This document shows positions 51,401-60,922 of a DNA stretch of 64,000 nucleotides, piece by piece (position 1 is the stretch's first letter; each line of letters opens with the position of its first letter). The stretch lies in NCBI GenBank assembly GCA_022614965.1, contig JAKEHO010000017.1, positions 54,280 through 118,279 on the forward strand, given 5' to 3'. The notes under the pieces are model-generated. The model was not told the DNA's origin. It was given only the letters and a program-made list of their open reading frames with translations, and searched no databases. Both the position numbers and the translations under genes were made by a program. The DNA comes from Gammaproteobacteria bacterium. GTDB taxonomy: Bacteria > Pseudomonadota > Gammaproteobacteria > JAKEHO01.

Positions 51401-52384
51401 GGGCCCCTCGGGTGTCGTCACCCAAAGTCGGTTGACATCAATGCGCCAACCTCGGCTTGCCGTCCGCAGGGCGGTGAGCTCCGCCTTCGCCTCGGTAAGC
51501 GACATCCCTGCGCCGTCAATGAGCAGGTCAAACGGCCCCGTCGCGAACTGCCCGTCGATCCTGGTGAGCGTGCCATCGCTCCACGTGGTCCAAACTTTGA
51601 GATCCATCTCACCATGTGCCATGTCGACCCCGATCCTTGCGATGTCGCGGAGCCACGGCCCTGGATGAATACCGTGCCCTTCAACATAGAGTTCCCCTGA
51701 CCATTCGGGGGTCAAGAGATCGCCATCAGCATCCAAGGCAAAGTCAAGCCGATTGCCCATGTAGCGAGGCAGTTGGGCGGATCCCTCCAGTTGCAGGCGC
51801 TTCCCTGCGCTGCGAAGTTGCAGCGAAACATTTGAAAAGGCGAGTGGTTCCTTCATGGTTTGTAAGTCGACCCAAGTCACACGTGCCTGCTCGATAGTGA
51901 GTTGTTGCTGTCGTTGCAGCCAGGCACCTAGGCCGCTGCTACCCGCAGTCCGCTTGCTTACATCGGCCTCATCGAATCCTTTAACCGTGATAGAACCATC
52001 TGGATTATGCATGAGTGACAACTGCAATCCAGAGATTGTCAAGGACCCAGGAACCAGCTCTTTTCTCAATAAGCTGCTGATGGGATCGATACTGATGTGG
52101 GCCCGTTGAAACCGTGCGATGTGTCCAGTGCCATTTTTTTCCAATAGGCTGATTTGTTGTAGATCGAGCTGCGGCCGCCAGCCTTGCCAATTAGCATTGA
52201 TAGACTCTATCTCCACCGGTTGCTCCATATAGCGGCTTACCCACTGTTGAATCTCCTCACGATACTCACTGATCCCAGGCAGCATGAGACGCACTACGGT
52301 GACAGCGATGGCGGCGAAGAGGGTAATGCCGGCGAAGGCATACCACGCCACACCAAATAAAAATTTGATTACCCGTTTGAACAT
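48467..52384 (-). CDS. yhdP: YhdP family (AsmA-like) intermembrane phospholipid transport protein
   Basis: 1305 aa with N-terminal TM anchor, long beta-rich body and C-terminal GRIFGLLS...RRLSLDF...GFPFD, QYIITGSWDNP; downstream of rng. Confidence 0.92.
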   Translation of the reverse strand: MFKRVIKFLFGVAWYAFAGITLFAAIAVTVVRLMLPGISEYREEIQQWVSRYMEQPVEIESINANWQGWRPQLDLQQISLLEKNGTGHIARFQRAHISIDPISSLLRKELVPGSLTISGLQLSLMHNPDGSITVKGFDEADVSKRTAGSSGLGAWLQRQQQLTIEQARVTWVDLQTMKEPLAFSNVSLQLRSAGKRLQLEGSAQLPRYMGNRLDFALDADGDLLTPEWSGELYVEGHGIHPGPWLRDIARIGVDMAHGEMDLKVWTTWSDGTLTRIDGQFATGPFDLLIDGAGMSLTEAKAELTALRTASRGWRIDVNRLWVTTPEGPWPDDEIHLQTTPMPWAGGYHLTGSIRFLKLGDIAPLLANSSGLSATIRHYLTKSAPRGELHNVQFDYRPDRLFDERLFLKMSFNDLIAGPDAGVPGISGLRGSISGTLGTGVLLLDRDPVEIQFPTWFEMPFWLNWLEGAISWTHDDDGWTLTSDTLAMRNNDMSAKLRGRLAWSGANPAPTADLVVTIEDGRLEHISRYLPKTVPDADKDWVKGAVLAGRITEGVGVWRGALNEFPFSQGQGRFQVRATIRDGVLDYATGWPQLSAIEAAIAIEGWNLTVDVTHAMVLNSEIVSAHGGIADVSAPDKVFKGQSTIKAAAADVRRFILESPLASQAIGRQVTSMDFDGTITIDLAMETPLMDEGSYAVQGQVQLAGNAVHSNRLGATFTDIEGQLEFTETRLDAKGLEGKLFDRPVHFDISTDYVEENASSELLVSGTADPAFLADQLRRFDPTLALLDERWIDGDTKWQAEITLPTDCCNAQTPGQVRLTSQLEGMTVHLPAPLGKATDEETDLTILTQIGDSTQNRFTFRYGANLSGVLELHPEPVAAAMNRIGLHLGPGTPRLPDRPGLAIDGQLPELAVSPWLDLLQANERNRGASMPYPPEAVNVDVAIARLEVLDQWLNSAKLKIAHDERGWIASIVAAEASGSITVPAAGLAAPVHAEFEKLTLATVTPPDATTRTDPRRLPALTVHCKALTYGSVELGETRLRATPVSDGLRLDELAFISPGLNILGQGDWLVVDEVQRSHVDITVEADDLGKLLNRFGYNVTSIEGGAAQLDIDASWQGAPRDFSLATMNGTLHMNVGKGRFLDIQQGVGRIFGLLSFQTLARRLSLDFDDMYQKGFPFDRIEGTFDFENGNAYTNDFVMEGPSARMGVTGRTGLIAQDYNQTVTVTPAFASSLPVASALFGPVGVGVGAAILVVGQMFKSLPDQLDNVLSHQYIITGSWDNPTVERVNAKNHEAASAPSRFIDGVNQ

Positions 52385-52400
52385 CTATAATGCGAGCACG

Positions 52401-53945
52401 CTAAAGCAAAACAATGTCGTATTGTTCCTGGGTGTAGGGCGTTTCGACCTGGAACGTAATGGGTCTGCCGACGAATTGTTCCAGTTCCGCAACGCTCCTT
52501 GATTCATCGTCGAGGAGTCGGTCAACCACTGATTGTGAGGCGACGACAAGTAATTTCTGGGCGTCATATTGACGCACCTCACGAAGAATTTCACGGAAGA
52601 TCTCATAGCACACGGTTTCTGCAGTCTTGATTTGGCTTCGGCCGTTACAGGTTGGACACGGCTCACATAGGATATGTTCGAGGCTTTCCCGTGTGCGTTT
52701 CCGCGTGATCTGCACAAGCCCTAATGAGCTTACTTCGCTTATCGTAACGTTCGAATTATCCTGCTGCAGGCTCTTCTCGAGCGCGCGTAAAACTTGCCGT
52801 CGGTGCTCAGGCTCCGACATATCGATAAAATCGACGATGATGATACCCCCTAGATTGCGTAGCCGTAATTGACGAGCGATTGCCTGCGCCGCTTCGAGGT
52901 TGGTCTTGAATATTGTCTCTTCAAGATTCCTGTGTCCAACAAATGCTCCCGTATTGATATCAATCGTTGTCATTGCCTCGGTCTGGTCTATGACCAGAAA
53001 CCCTCCGGATTTGAGCTGGACCTTTCGCTCCAAAGCCTTCTGAATTTCGTCCTCTACCATATACAGGTCCAAAATAGGACGCTCACCGGAGTAAAGTTCA
53101 ATCCGATCGACCAGATCGGGAATGAATTGTTTGGCGAATGCAAGCACGCGTTGATAGGCATCTTCGGAATCGATGCGCACTTTTTCGATGTCGGTATCGA
53201 CTAGATCACGCATGGTCCGCATGACCAACGCCATGTCTTCATACACAATACCCGGCGCAAAGGTATGTTCCGCGCGCACCATTACGGAATCCCAGAGTCT
53301 TCTCAGAAAATCCATGTCTTTGCACAGTTTGTCTTCGCTTATACCTTCCGCTGCGGTGCGAAGGATATATCCGCCGGTGTTCGAGCCGCCAACCTGCCTT
53401 GTGCTATTCGCCACAACCGCAGTGTCATCGCCCACAACGGCGAACCTACGCAGCCCAGGATGGTTGCGAAGCACAATGTCGCGCAGCCGCTCACGTTCTG
53501 CATCGTTTTCGATCTTTTGGGAAACGCCAACGGAGTGATACGCTGGCATAAAAACGAGGTAGCGTGATGGAACGGAAAGGTGCGTCGTCAATCGTGCTCC
53601 CTTGCTACCAAGCGGATCCTTAATGACCTGGACCAAAACTTCCTGGCCTTCCTTCAGGAGGGCATCGATGCTCGGGGTGAAAATCCGTGCGCGATCGTCT
53701 CCATCGATGTTGCTGGAACCCTCAACAATGTCTGAGGTGTGTAGAAATCCCGTCCGGTCCAGCCCAATGTCAATAAAGGCCGCCTGCATCCCGGGTAGCA
53801 CCCGTGAGACACTGCCCTTATAGATGTTGCCCACAAGTCCGCGTCGACCGGAACGCTCGACCAGGATTTCCTGAAGGATCCCGTTCTCTACCACTGCGAC
53901 GCGTGTCTCCTGTGGAGTCGCATTAATGAGGATTTCTTCGCTCAT
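52401..53945 (-). CDS. rng: Ribonuclease G
   Basis: EEILINATPQETRVA, GNIYKG.V.RVLPGMQAAF, KGARLT, DQTEAMTTIDINTG, LRNLGGIIIVDFIDM, CPTC.GR. Confidence 0.97.
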   Translation of the reverse strand: MSEEILINATPQETRVAVVENGILQEILVERSGRRGLVGNIYKGSVSRVLPGMQAAFIDIGLDRTGFLHTSDIVEGSSNIDGDDRARIFTPSIDALLKEGQEVLVQVIKDPLGSKGARLTTHLSVPSRYLVFMPAYHSVGVSQKIENDAERERLRDIVLRNHPGLRRFAVVGDDTAVVANSTRQVGGSNTGGYILRTAAEGISEDKLCKDMDFLRRLWDSVMVRAEHTFAPGIVYEDMALVMRTMRDLVDTDIEKVRIDSEDAYQRVLAFAKQFIPDLVDRIELYSGERPILDLYMVEDEIQKALERKVQLKSGGFLVIDQTEAMTTIDINTGAFVGHRNLEETIFKTNLEAAQAIARQLRLRNLGGIIIVDFIDMSEPEHRRQVLRALEKSLQQDNSNVTISEVSSLGLVQITRKRTRESLEHILCEPCPTCNGRSQIKTAETVCYEIFREILREVRQYDAQKLLVVASQSVVDRLLDDESRSVAELEQFVGRPITFQVETPYTQEQYDIVLL

Positions 53946-54209
53946 CCCTCGGTCTCGTCTTTTCTCACACTTCTGGACGATCAGTTGCCTATTGGTCCCA
54001 CTGGGCGCTCATTTAACCAAGATGGTGATATCTTGGCTAGAGGTGAGGGCTTGCGCCTTGGGAGTCGCGCGAAGGCCCGCTATTGGCACTTCGCCTTCCC
54101 CCAAAATGCCGCTTCTCTGGTGTTAGACAGTGTTCGAACCTACAATTCAGTGCTTAGGTGAGCAACGACGCACGATAGGCAAAAAGCAGGGCTCAGGGGT
54201 GGGTTAACG

Positions 54210-55670
54210 GTGTCGATCATGCAAGCACCTGTAGTAGATGAGCTACGCCGGATTTTATCGGCCGAGGCTGTGATTGCGGACGAGGAGTCGCTCCGAGCCT
54301 ATGAATGCGATGGGCTCTCTGCTTATCGCGCGTTGCCAGGGGTAGTGGTCCTGCCCGACACCGTCGCCCAAGTACAGCAGATCCTGCGTCTTTGCTATCA
54401 GCACCATATCCCTGTTGTTGCTCGGGGAGCGGGCACCGGTCTGTCGGGAGGTGCGCTTCCGGTACGCGGCGGACTGGTGCTGAGCCTTGCTAAATTTACG
54501 CGGGTCCTCAATATCGACCCTGTTAATCGAACCGTTAGGGTAGAGCCGGGGGTGCGCAACATCACGCTATCTGAGGTGGGCGAAGAATACGGCTTGTTCT
54601 ATGCGCCGGATCCATCATCTCAAATTGCCTGCACCATCGGTGGTAACGTCGCAGAGAATTCTGGCGGTGTGCACTGCCTGAAGTATGGCCTGACGGTTCA
54701 CAACATTCTTGCTTTGAAGGTTGTGACGATAGAAGGCGATTTACTCACCATAGGTTGCGGTGCCTTGGATGCCTCAGGCTATGATCTGCTGGCACTTTTG
54801 ACCGGATCAGAAGGCATGCTAGGCGTGATCGTTGAGGTTACCGTGAAGCTTATACCGAAGCCCCAATACGCGCAGGTGGCACTGGCTGCGTTCGATCAGG
54901 TTGAGGCCGCAGGCAGAGCCGTTGCCGCCATTATCGCGAGCGGAATTATTCCTGCGGGTCTTGAGATGATGGACCAAGCGGCGGTACGCGCCGCAGAAGC
55001 CTTCGTCCATGCCGGGTATCCGACAGGAGCGAAAGCGATCCTGCTGTGTGAGCTGGATGGCACCCCGGACGAAGTAGCGGAGGAGATGCGAGACGTTCAG
55101 GCGGTTCTCTTGGGGTCGGGTGCGGCGCACATCCAGATCGCGGCTGATGAGGCTGAACGGCAGAGATTCTGGGCCGGGCGTAAAGCCGCGTTTCCTGCAG
55201 TTGGCCGTATTGCTCGGGATTATTATTGTATGGACGGCACAATCCCAAGACGCTATCTTGCGGAAGTACTTACGCGTGTCAGCCAACTTTCGAGCGAGTA
55301 TGCGCTTCCTATAGTCAACGTCTTCCATGCGGGAGATGGAAACCTCCATCCACTCATCCTCTACGACGTCAATGCCCCGGGTGAACTGCAGAAGGCCGAG
55401 GCGCTGGGTGGCAAGATCCTGGAAGTCTGCGTGGCGGTCGGCGGCACCGTAACGGGAGAGCACGGTGTGGGCGTTGAAAAGCTCAATCAGATGTGTGTGC
55501 AGTTCAATGCCGATGAGTTAGCTCAGTTCCACGCCATCAAAACGGCTTTTGACAGCGAGGGACTACTCAATCCCGGTAAGGCAGTGCCCACCTTACGGCG
55601 TTGCGCGGAATTCGGCGCCATGCATGTACACGAGGGTATGCTTGCGTTCCCTCACCTCGAGCGATTTTAG
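54210..55670 (+). CDS. glcD: Glycolate oxidase subunit GlcD
   Basis: YECDGLSAY, RGAGTGLSGGA, PDPSSQIACTIGGN, GVHCLKYG, FHAGDGNLHP, GEHGVG, LNPGK. Confidence 0.96.
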   Translation: MSIMQAPVVDELRRILSAEAVIADEESLRAYECDGLSAYRALPGVVVLPDTVAQVQQILRLCYQHHIPVVARGAGTGLSGGALPVRGGLVLSLAKFTRVLNIDPVNRTVRVEPGVRNITLSEVGEEYGLFYAPDPSSQIACTIGGNVAENSGGVHCLKYGLTVHNILALKVVTIEGDLLTIGCGALDASGYDLLALLTGSEGMLGVIVEVTVKLIPKPQYAQVALAAFDQVEAAGRAVAAIIASGIIPAGLEMMDQAAVRAAEAFVHAGYPTGAKAILLCELDGTPDEVAEEMRDVQAVLLGSGAAHIQIAADEAERQRFWAGRKAAFPAVGRIARDYYCMDGTIPRRYLAEVLTRVSQLSSEYALPIVNVFHAGDGNLHPLILYDVNAPGELQKAEALGGKILEVCVAVGGTVTGEHGVGVEKLNQMCVQFNADELAQFHAIKTAFDSEGLLNPGKAVPTLRRCAEFGAMHVHEGMLAFPHLERF

Positions 55671-55708
55671 CCTACAGCCACGGGTTTCTCCGTATAACTC
55701 CTGTCCCC

Positions 55709-56779
55709 TTGCCAAGCCCAGATCAGATTCAGAAAGAACTTAAGCAGCGTGTTGAGGCGGCCTATGTTGCGGGGCAACCCCTCTGCATCCGTGGCGGCGG
55801 GACCAAGGCATTCTACGGGAGGGAAGTTGGGCCTTCACAGATGCTTGATGTCCGTTCGTATTCGGGGATTATCGCCTATGAGCCCACTGAGCTTGTGATC
55901 ACCGCCCGCGCCGGGACCACAATCGACGAGATCGAGGAGACGCTTGCTGAGAGAGGGCAGATGTTGGCCTTTGAGCCGCCCCATTTTGGTGAGGCCGCGA
56001 CCTTAGGGGGGACGGTCGCCTGTGGCCTGTCGGGCCCTCGGCGCCCCTATGTGGGGCCGCTTCGGGACTTTGTGCTCGGGATCCGGTGCCTCGCGGGGAC
56101 CGGGAAAGTGCTGCATTTCGGTGGGCAGGTGATGAAAAACGTGGCCGGGTATGACGTCTCCCGGCTGTTCGCTGGCGCCTTGGGGACGCTTGGGGTGCTG
56201 CTTGAGGTCACGCTTAAGGTGCAGCCAATGCCGAAGCTTGAGGTCACGCTCCAAGGCAAGGCGGCACTTAAGGAGGCCATCCAGTCGATGAATCGCTGGG
56301 CGGGGCAGCCCTTGCCTCTGTCCGGGTCGACCTGTGACGGGGCGTATCTGACCGTACGCCTTTCCGGTAACGGCAGCGCCGTCGAGCAGGCGCTGCGACG
56401 GCTCGATTTGGAGAGGGTGTGTGAATCGGGCGCGTATTGGCTGGCAGTTAGGGAGCAACGGCTTGCTTTTTTTGCCGATGAGGCGCCGCTGTGGCGCTTA
56501 TCCGTGCCGCCGGCCTGCAATCCCCTCGATGTGCCGGGCCGGTGGCTGCTGGACTGGGGAGGGGCGCAGCGTTGGTTGACCACCAACGCGCCCTATGAGA
56601 CCGTGCGTGCGGCAGCACGCGAGGCAGGCGGGCACGCCACCTTATTTCGCGGCGGAGATCGCCAAGGCGAGGTATTCGATCCGCTTGCACCTGCCCTCGC
56701 TCGGCTGCACCGCCGTCTCAAGGCGGCATTTGACCCCCGTGGGATCTTGAATCCCGGACGGATGTACCGTGATCTATAA
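55709..56779 (+). CDS. glcE: Glycolate oxidase FAD-binding subunit GlcE
   Basis: IRGGGTK.FYG, YEPTELV, LSGPRRPY, GGQVMKNVAGYDVSR, DWGGAQRW, FDPRGILNPGR; start uncertain (TTG 55709 chosen). Confidence 0.94.
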   Translation: MPSPDQIQKELKQRVEAAYVAGQPLCIRGGGTKAFYGREVGPSQMLDVRSYSGIIAYEPTELVITARAGTTIDEIEETLAERGQMLAFEPPHFGEAATLGGTVACGLSGPRRPYVGPLRDFVLGIRCLAGTGKVLHFGGQVMKNVAGYDVSRLFAGALGTLGVLLEVTLKVQPMPKLEVTLQGKAALKEAIQSMNRWAGQPLPLSGSTCDGAYLTVRLSGNGSAVEQALRRLDLERVCESGAYWLAVREQRLAFFADEAPLWRLSVPPACNPLDVPGRWLLDWGGAQRWLTTNAPYETVRAAAREAGGHATLFRGGDRQGEVFDPLAPALARLHRRLKAAFDPRGILNPGRMYRDL

Positions 56780-56809
56780 GGCGCTATGAGGAGACGCCAT
56801 TAGTTTGCT

Positions 56810-58021
56810 ATGCAGACGGCACTCTCATGCGAGTTCAAGGATACCCGCGACGGGCAGGACGCCGATGCGATATTGCGAAGCTGTGTCCACTGCGGGTTTT
56901 GCACGGCGACCTGCCCGACCTACCAGTTGCTGGGCGATGAACTGGACGGACCACGAGGACGCATCTACCTGATTAAGGGCCTAGTGGAGGGCAAGCCAGC
57001 GGGCCGCGGCACCCAGGTTCACCTCGATCGCTGCCTGACATGCCGCGCGTGTGAGACAACGTGTCCCTCCGGTGTTGCCTACGGGCGGCTGCTGGACATC
57101 GGTCGCAAACACATCGAAGCGAAGGTGAGACGCCCATTCACCGAGCGAATCCTTCGGTACCTATTGCGCAAGACCCTTCCCTACCCACGTCGCTTTGTCC
57201 CCTTGTTGCGCCTAGGCCAGTGGCTGCGCCCGCTGCTCCCCGCGGCCCTTAGGGGCATGATCCCAGCAAAGGCGCATGCCGTTGCCTGGCAAGCTTCTTC
57301 CCATCCGCGCAAGATGCTGCTGTTTGCCGGGTGTGTTCAGCCATGGCTCACGCCCAACACCAACAGAGCCACCGCCCGCGTGCTTAACCGTCTTGGCATC
57401 CGTGCCGTTACCCCAAACGCCGCGGGTTGCTGTGGGGCCATCAGCCACCATATGGCAGCGAGTGATGAAGCGCGCGTGTTTGCGCGTCGAAACATTGACG
57501 CGTGGTGGCCTCACCTCGAGTCGGGATTTGAGGCAATTGTGTGCACGGCCAGTGGCTGTGGCGCGATGATTAAAGACTACCCAGAGCTCTTGTGCGAGGA
57601 TCCGCACTACGCAAGAAAGGCCGAGCGAATATCCGCAGTCGCACTGGATCTCTGCGAGGTGCTGGGCGAGCTTGACCTGGCTCTACTTACCATTCGCCCG
57701 CACACCCCCCGACGCATCGCCTTTCATTCACCTTGTACCTTGCAACACGCGCAACAGCTGAACGGCGTGACGGAGACATTGCTGCGACGTCTAGGCTTTG
57801 ACCTGACGCGGGTACCCAACGGCCACCTTTGCTGTGGATCCGCCGGTGTCTACTCGCTGCTGCAAAGGACGCTGTCTCAGCCGCTGCAACAGAACAAGGT
57901 CGCGGCCCTGCAATCGGATCGGCCTCAGCTGATTGCAACAGCCAATGTCGGCTGTCAGATGGTTCTGCAGCCACTAGCCAACGTGCCGGTCCGGCATTGG
58001 ATCGAGTTACTGGACCCCTAG
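56810..58021 (+). CDS. glcF: Glycolate oxidase iron-sulfur subunit GlcF
   Basis: CVHCGFCTATCP, DELDGPRGRI, CLTCRACETTCP, CCG domains, ATANVGC. Confidence 0.96.
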   Translation: MQTALSCEFKDTRDGQDADAILRSCVHCGFCTATCPTYQLLGDELDGPRGRIYLIKGLVEGKPAGRGTQVHLDRCLTCRACETTCPSGVAYGRLLDIGRKHIEAKVRRPFTERILRYLLRKTLPYPRRFVPLLRLGQWLRPLLPAALRGMIPAKAHAVAWQASSHPRKMLLFAGCVQPWLTPNTNRATARVLNRLGIRAVTPNAAGCCGAISHHMAASDEARVFARRNIDAWWPHLESGFEAIVCTASGCGAMIKDYPELLCEDPHYARKAERISAVALDLCEVLGELDLALLTIRPHTPRRIAFHSPCTLQHAQQLNGVTETLLRRLGFDLTRVPNGHLCCGSAGVYSLLQRTLSQPLQQNKVAALQSDRPQLIATANVGCQMVLQPLANVPVRHWIELLDP

Positions 58022-58055
58022 GCAAGGGCCGAGCGGTATCCGACGCACCACATCC

Positions 58056-58946
58056 CTATTTGATGAACAGGATGTCATCGAACTCCTCGTCTTCGGTGCC
58101 TTCCTGCTCGATGAATTCATCAACGTCATAGTGTTCCGCCGGGGGATGACCGTCGTAGATCAAGAAAGCCCGGCGCTGACGATAGGCTTCACGCGTGAAG
58201 GTGTAGGGATCAACCGCGGCTTCATCCCGAAGCCGGGTTGCATCCAGAAGGTTTGCCCGCTTGTTGATGATGCCCACGGCGGCAACGGGGATGAGGATAG
58301 CGTTGGCGATGGAAACATAGAATAACGGGTTGGTGACGAGGGCGGTGCCATAATCGGGCGTATCCCGGACGGTGTTCGGCCCGAGCAACGGTATCACGAG
58401 ATAGGCGCCTTCGCCCGATCCCCATTTAGCCAGCGTCTGCCCGAAGTCTTCCTCATGTTTTTCGAGTCCCACAGCCGTGCCGATATCGACGAGCCCGGCA
58501 AGGCCTAACGTGGTATTGAATACGAAGCGCGTAAAATCGGCACCGGCCTGCTCGAACTTGCCCTGCAGGATGTCGTTGAGGATGACATTGAGGTAGGCAG
58601 CATTTTCATAGATGTTAGTGATCCCGGTTCGGACGAGCCGTGGTGTGATTTCAACGTAGCCCTTGGCAATGGGTTCGAGGATCGCCTTATCCAAGGTGTC
58701 GTTGAAGTTGTAGACGGGCCTGTTGACGGATTCGAGGGGGTCGTCGGAGGAGGCCGCGTCTGCTTCGATCGAACCTTCGTTGGTCGCCTCCATCCCCGCG
58801 TCCACCTCTGCCGCGTCCGGCCCGGTTGTTTGCGCACCCACAGCCTCATTTTGTCTGGATTGTGCGTATGCGAAGCCCCCGCCCAGGCAATGCAGTGCAA
58901 GCCAAAAGAAGATCGAAACTTTACGGGGTCCTTGATAACGATTCAT
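58056..58946 (-). CDS. MlaA/VacJ family protein (hopanoid-cluster associated)
   Basis: DPLESVNR..YNFN, RFVFNTTLGLAGL, EDFGQTL..WG, YLVIPLLGP..RD, DPYTFTREAY.QRR. Confidence 0.92.
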   Translation of the reverse strand: MNRYQGPRKVSIFFWLALHCLGGGFAYAQSRQNEAVGAQTTGPDAAEVDAGMEATNEGSIEADAASSDDPLESVNRPVYNFNDTLDKAILEPIAKGYVEITPRLVRTGITNIYENAAYLNVILNDILQGKFEQAGADFTRFVFNTTLGLAGLVDIGTAVGLEKHEEDFGQTLAKWGSGEGAYLVIPLLGPNTVRDTPDYGTALVTNPLFYVSIANAILIPVAAVGIINKRANLLDATRLRDEAAVDPYTFTREAYRQRRAFLIYDGHPPAEHYDVDEFIEQEGTEDEEFDDILFIK

Positions 58947-59043
58947 AGGGCTTCTTTACGATTGATGATGGATGAAAACACGGAAGGTGGGTGTGATGCT
59001 TCGCGCCCATCCAATTCCTTACTTGGGTCGGGTATGTTACACC

Positions 59044-59664
59044 TCACTTTGCCGCAGGTTCTTTGTATTCTTCCGTTTTCTGCTTTAGCTGCGCTAAAAG
59101 GCCGTCGAATCCTTGATCTCTAATGACTGCGGTGTACTCGGCGCGCTTCAACGACAGATCACTCACGCCGTTTGCGATCACGTTAAGGATATACCACCGC
59201 CCATCCTTCTCGCTCAGGAGATAATCCAGACTAATGACCTCGCCGTCGGTTTTCACCAATTCGGTTCGAATCACTACACGTCCACTCTCTAATTGCTCTT
59301 TGCTGACCGGTCTAAACGTTTCTCCGTTGTACCCATCGAACTGTGAGGCAGCCGCAGCAATGCCGTAATTAACGAAGGTCTTTATGAATTCCGACTTCTG
59401 CTCATGATCAAGCGTACTCCAGTATTTCCCCAAGACGAGCCTGCTGATGTAGGGCACGTCAAAGCTCGACGTCAACACCGGTGCAAGCTGATCGTAACGC
59501 CCGGTATAGCCGAGCGCTGTGGCGTGCTGCATGACATCGAGCAGAGTCGATTGGAGCTTGGTGACAACGGCATCGGCAGCGTCATCCGGACCTGCCTTGC
59601 ATATTGCTGGCGCTAGCGAAACCCAAAGAAGGGTAGTCAGCAAGGCCTTGAGCAGGGCTTTCAC
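59044..59664 (-). CDS. hpnM: HpnM / MlaC-like periplasmic lipid-binding protein
   Basis: Signal peptide, RYDQLAPVL..SFD, LG.YW, FDGYNGETF, LDYLL, W.ILNV..NGVSDLSLKRAEY; in the hpnH-hpnB operon. Confidence 0.82.
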   Translation of the reverse strand: MKALLKALLTTLLWVSLAPAICKAGPDDAADAVVTKLQSTLLDVMQHATALGYTGRYDQLAPVLTSSFDVPYISRLVLGKYWSTLDHEQKSEFIKTFVNYGIAAAASQFDGYNGETFRPVSKEQLESGRVVIRTELVKTDGEVISLDYLLSEKDGRWYILNVIANGVSDLSLKRAEYTAVIRDQGFDGLLAQLKQKTEEYKEPAAK

Positions 59665-59794
59665 CGTTGTGTCAGTCCCCTGACGTTATAGTTGTGGATA
59701 CCGCGCTTTTTATCAACATAGCCTATTTTGCCCCGTGCCGACATTTGGGCACAAATCCAGATCGCAGCGGATTCGGGGGGTAGGCTCGGGCGCA

Positions 59795-60922
59795 TCATCG
59801 CTCATCGGCCATCTCCGCATAAGTTCGGCCCTTCCACTTCGCCCCGGCGCCGCTCCAGTGCCGGATCGCGGAAGTCCATGTCATGGCGAGGTAGAGGATG
59901 CCGATGACGGGCATCCACAAGGCCCATGCGGCCGGTACACCGTAGTAGTTGAGCGTCGGCAGGTAGCTCACTGCCATGGCGGTCACCGTCGCAACGGACA
60001 GTGCCCGTGCGCCACCGGAAGGGAAGAAAAGGCCGAGCGCGGGTAAGGCGAAGCTGGCCAACAGCGTCAGTGTGCATACCGCAAGCAGCAGCGTCGAATG
60101 ATGCAACTGAGTATAGGCGGTACGGGCCACCGTATCCCAGATGGTCGAAAGGCGCTCGTAGGGGCGAATACTTTGCACCGAATGGGTAAGTCCGATCCAG
60201 GTCTTGCCACCCTCTGCCTTGATGCGGTGAGCCAGCGCACAGTCGTCGATCAATTGTCCCTTGATGGCATGGAAACCACCTATCTTAGCGAGGATTTCCG
60301 ATCGGACCAGAATGCAGCCGCCTGCCGCAGCGGCGACGGAACTCGATCGAGAGTTAGACAAACGGAAGGGATATAGCAATTTGAAAAAGTAGATGTAGGC
60401 GGGCATCAAGAGCTTCCCCCAGAACCCTTCCATTCGAAGTTCAGCCATGAGCGATACAGCGTGGAGATGCTCTGATTCCAGTTTGTCTTGCAGCCTCGCC
60501 AGGATGCCCGGCTTAAGTTCAATGTCGGCATCCATTAGCAGCGTAAATCGGGTATTGACATGTCCTCGCCCCTGTTCCAGCGCCCAAAGCTTGCCGTTCC
60601 AGCCGTGGGGGATCGGCTTGCCAGCAACAATCTGCAAACGGTGCAGGTGAAGACTGCGCGCCGCCGAGGCCGTCTCATCATTTGATTGATCGTCGATCAG
60701 AATGATCTGAAGGTTCGATCCCTGCCGGGCGAGGGCCGGTAGTGTGGTCTGAATGGTGCTGGCCTCATTCCTTGCGGGGATGAGGGCAGTAATGTCGCTT
60801 AGATCCGGATCAATCCCGGGATCTGCGTCCAATGACTCATCGGTGCTCCAGAGCCGCCACGGCAACATCAGGATGCCGAACCAGATCAACGCGCCGGGTA
60901 AGAGCAGATAGAGCCACGCCAT
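59795..60922 (-). CDS. hpnB: Hopene-associated GT2 glycosyltransferase HpnB
   Basis: IPARNEA, DDQSNDET, GWNGKLWAL, DADI, FFKLLYPF, AAAGGCIL, LIDDCALA, RTAYTQL; next to hpnH. Confidence 0.88.
   Translation of the reverse strand: MAWLYLLLPGALIWFGILMLPWRLWSTDESLDADPGIDPDLSDITALIPARNEASTIQTTLPALARQGSNLQIILIDDQSNDETASAARSLHLHRLQIVAGKPIPHGWNGKLWALEQGRGHVNTRFTLLMDADIELKPGILARLQDKLESEHLHAVSLMAELRMEGFWGKLLMPAYIYFFKLLYPFRLSNSRSSSVAAAAGGCILVRSEILAKIGGFHAIKGQLIDDCALAHRIKAEGGKTWIGLTHSVQSIRPYERLSTIWDTVARTAYTQLHHSTLLLAVCTLTLLASFALPALGLFFPSGGARALSVATVTAMAVSYLPTLNYYGVPAAWALWMPVIGILYLAMTWTSAIRHWSGAGAKWKGRTYAEMADER

Noticed and set aside
54082..54100. Possible sigma54 promoter (TTGGCAC) upstream of glcD
   Set aside because: The -12 TTGC element is missing at the required spacing.
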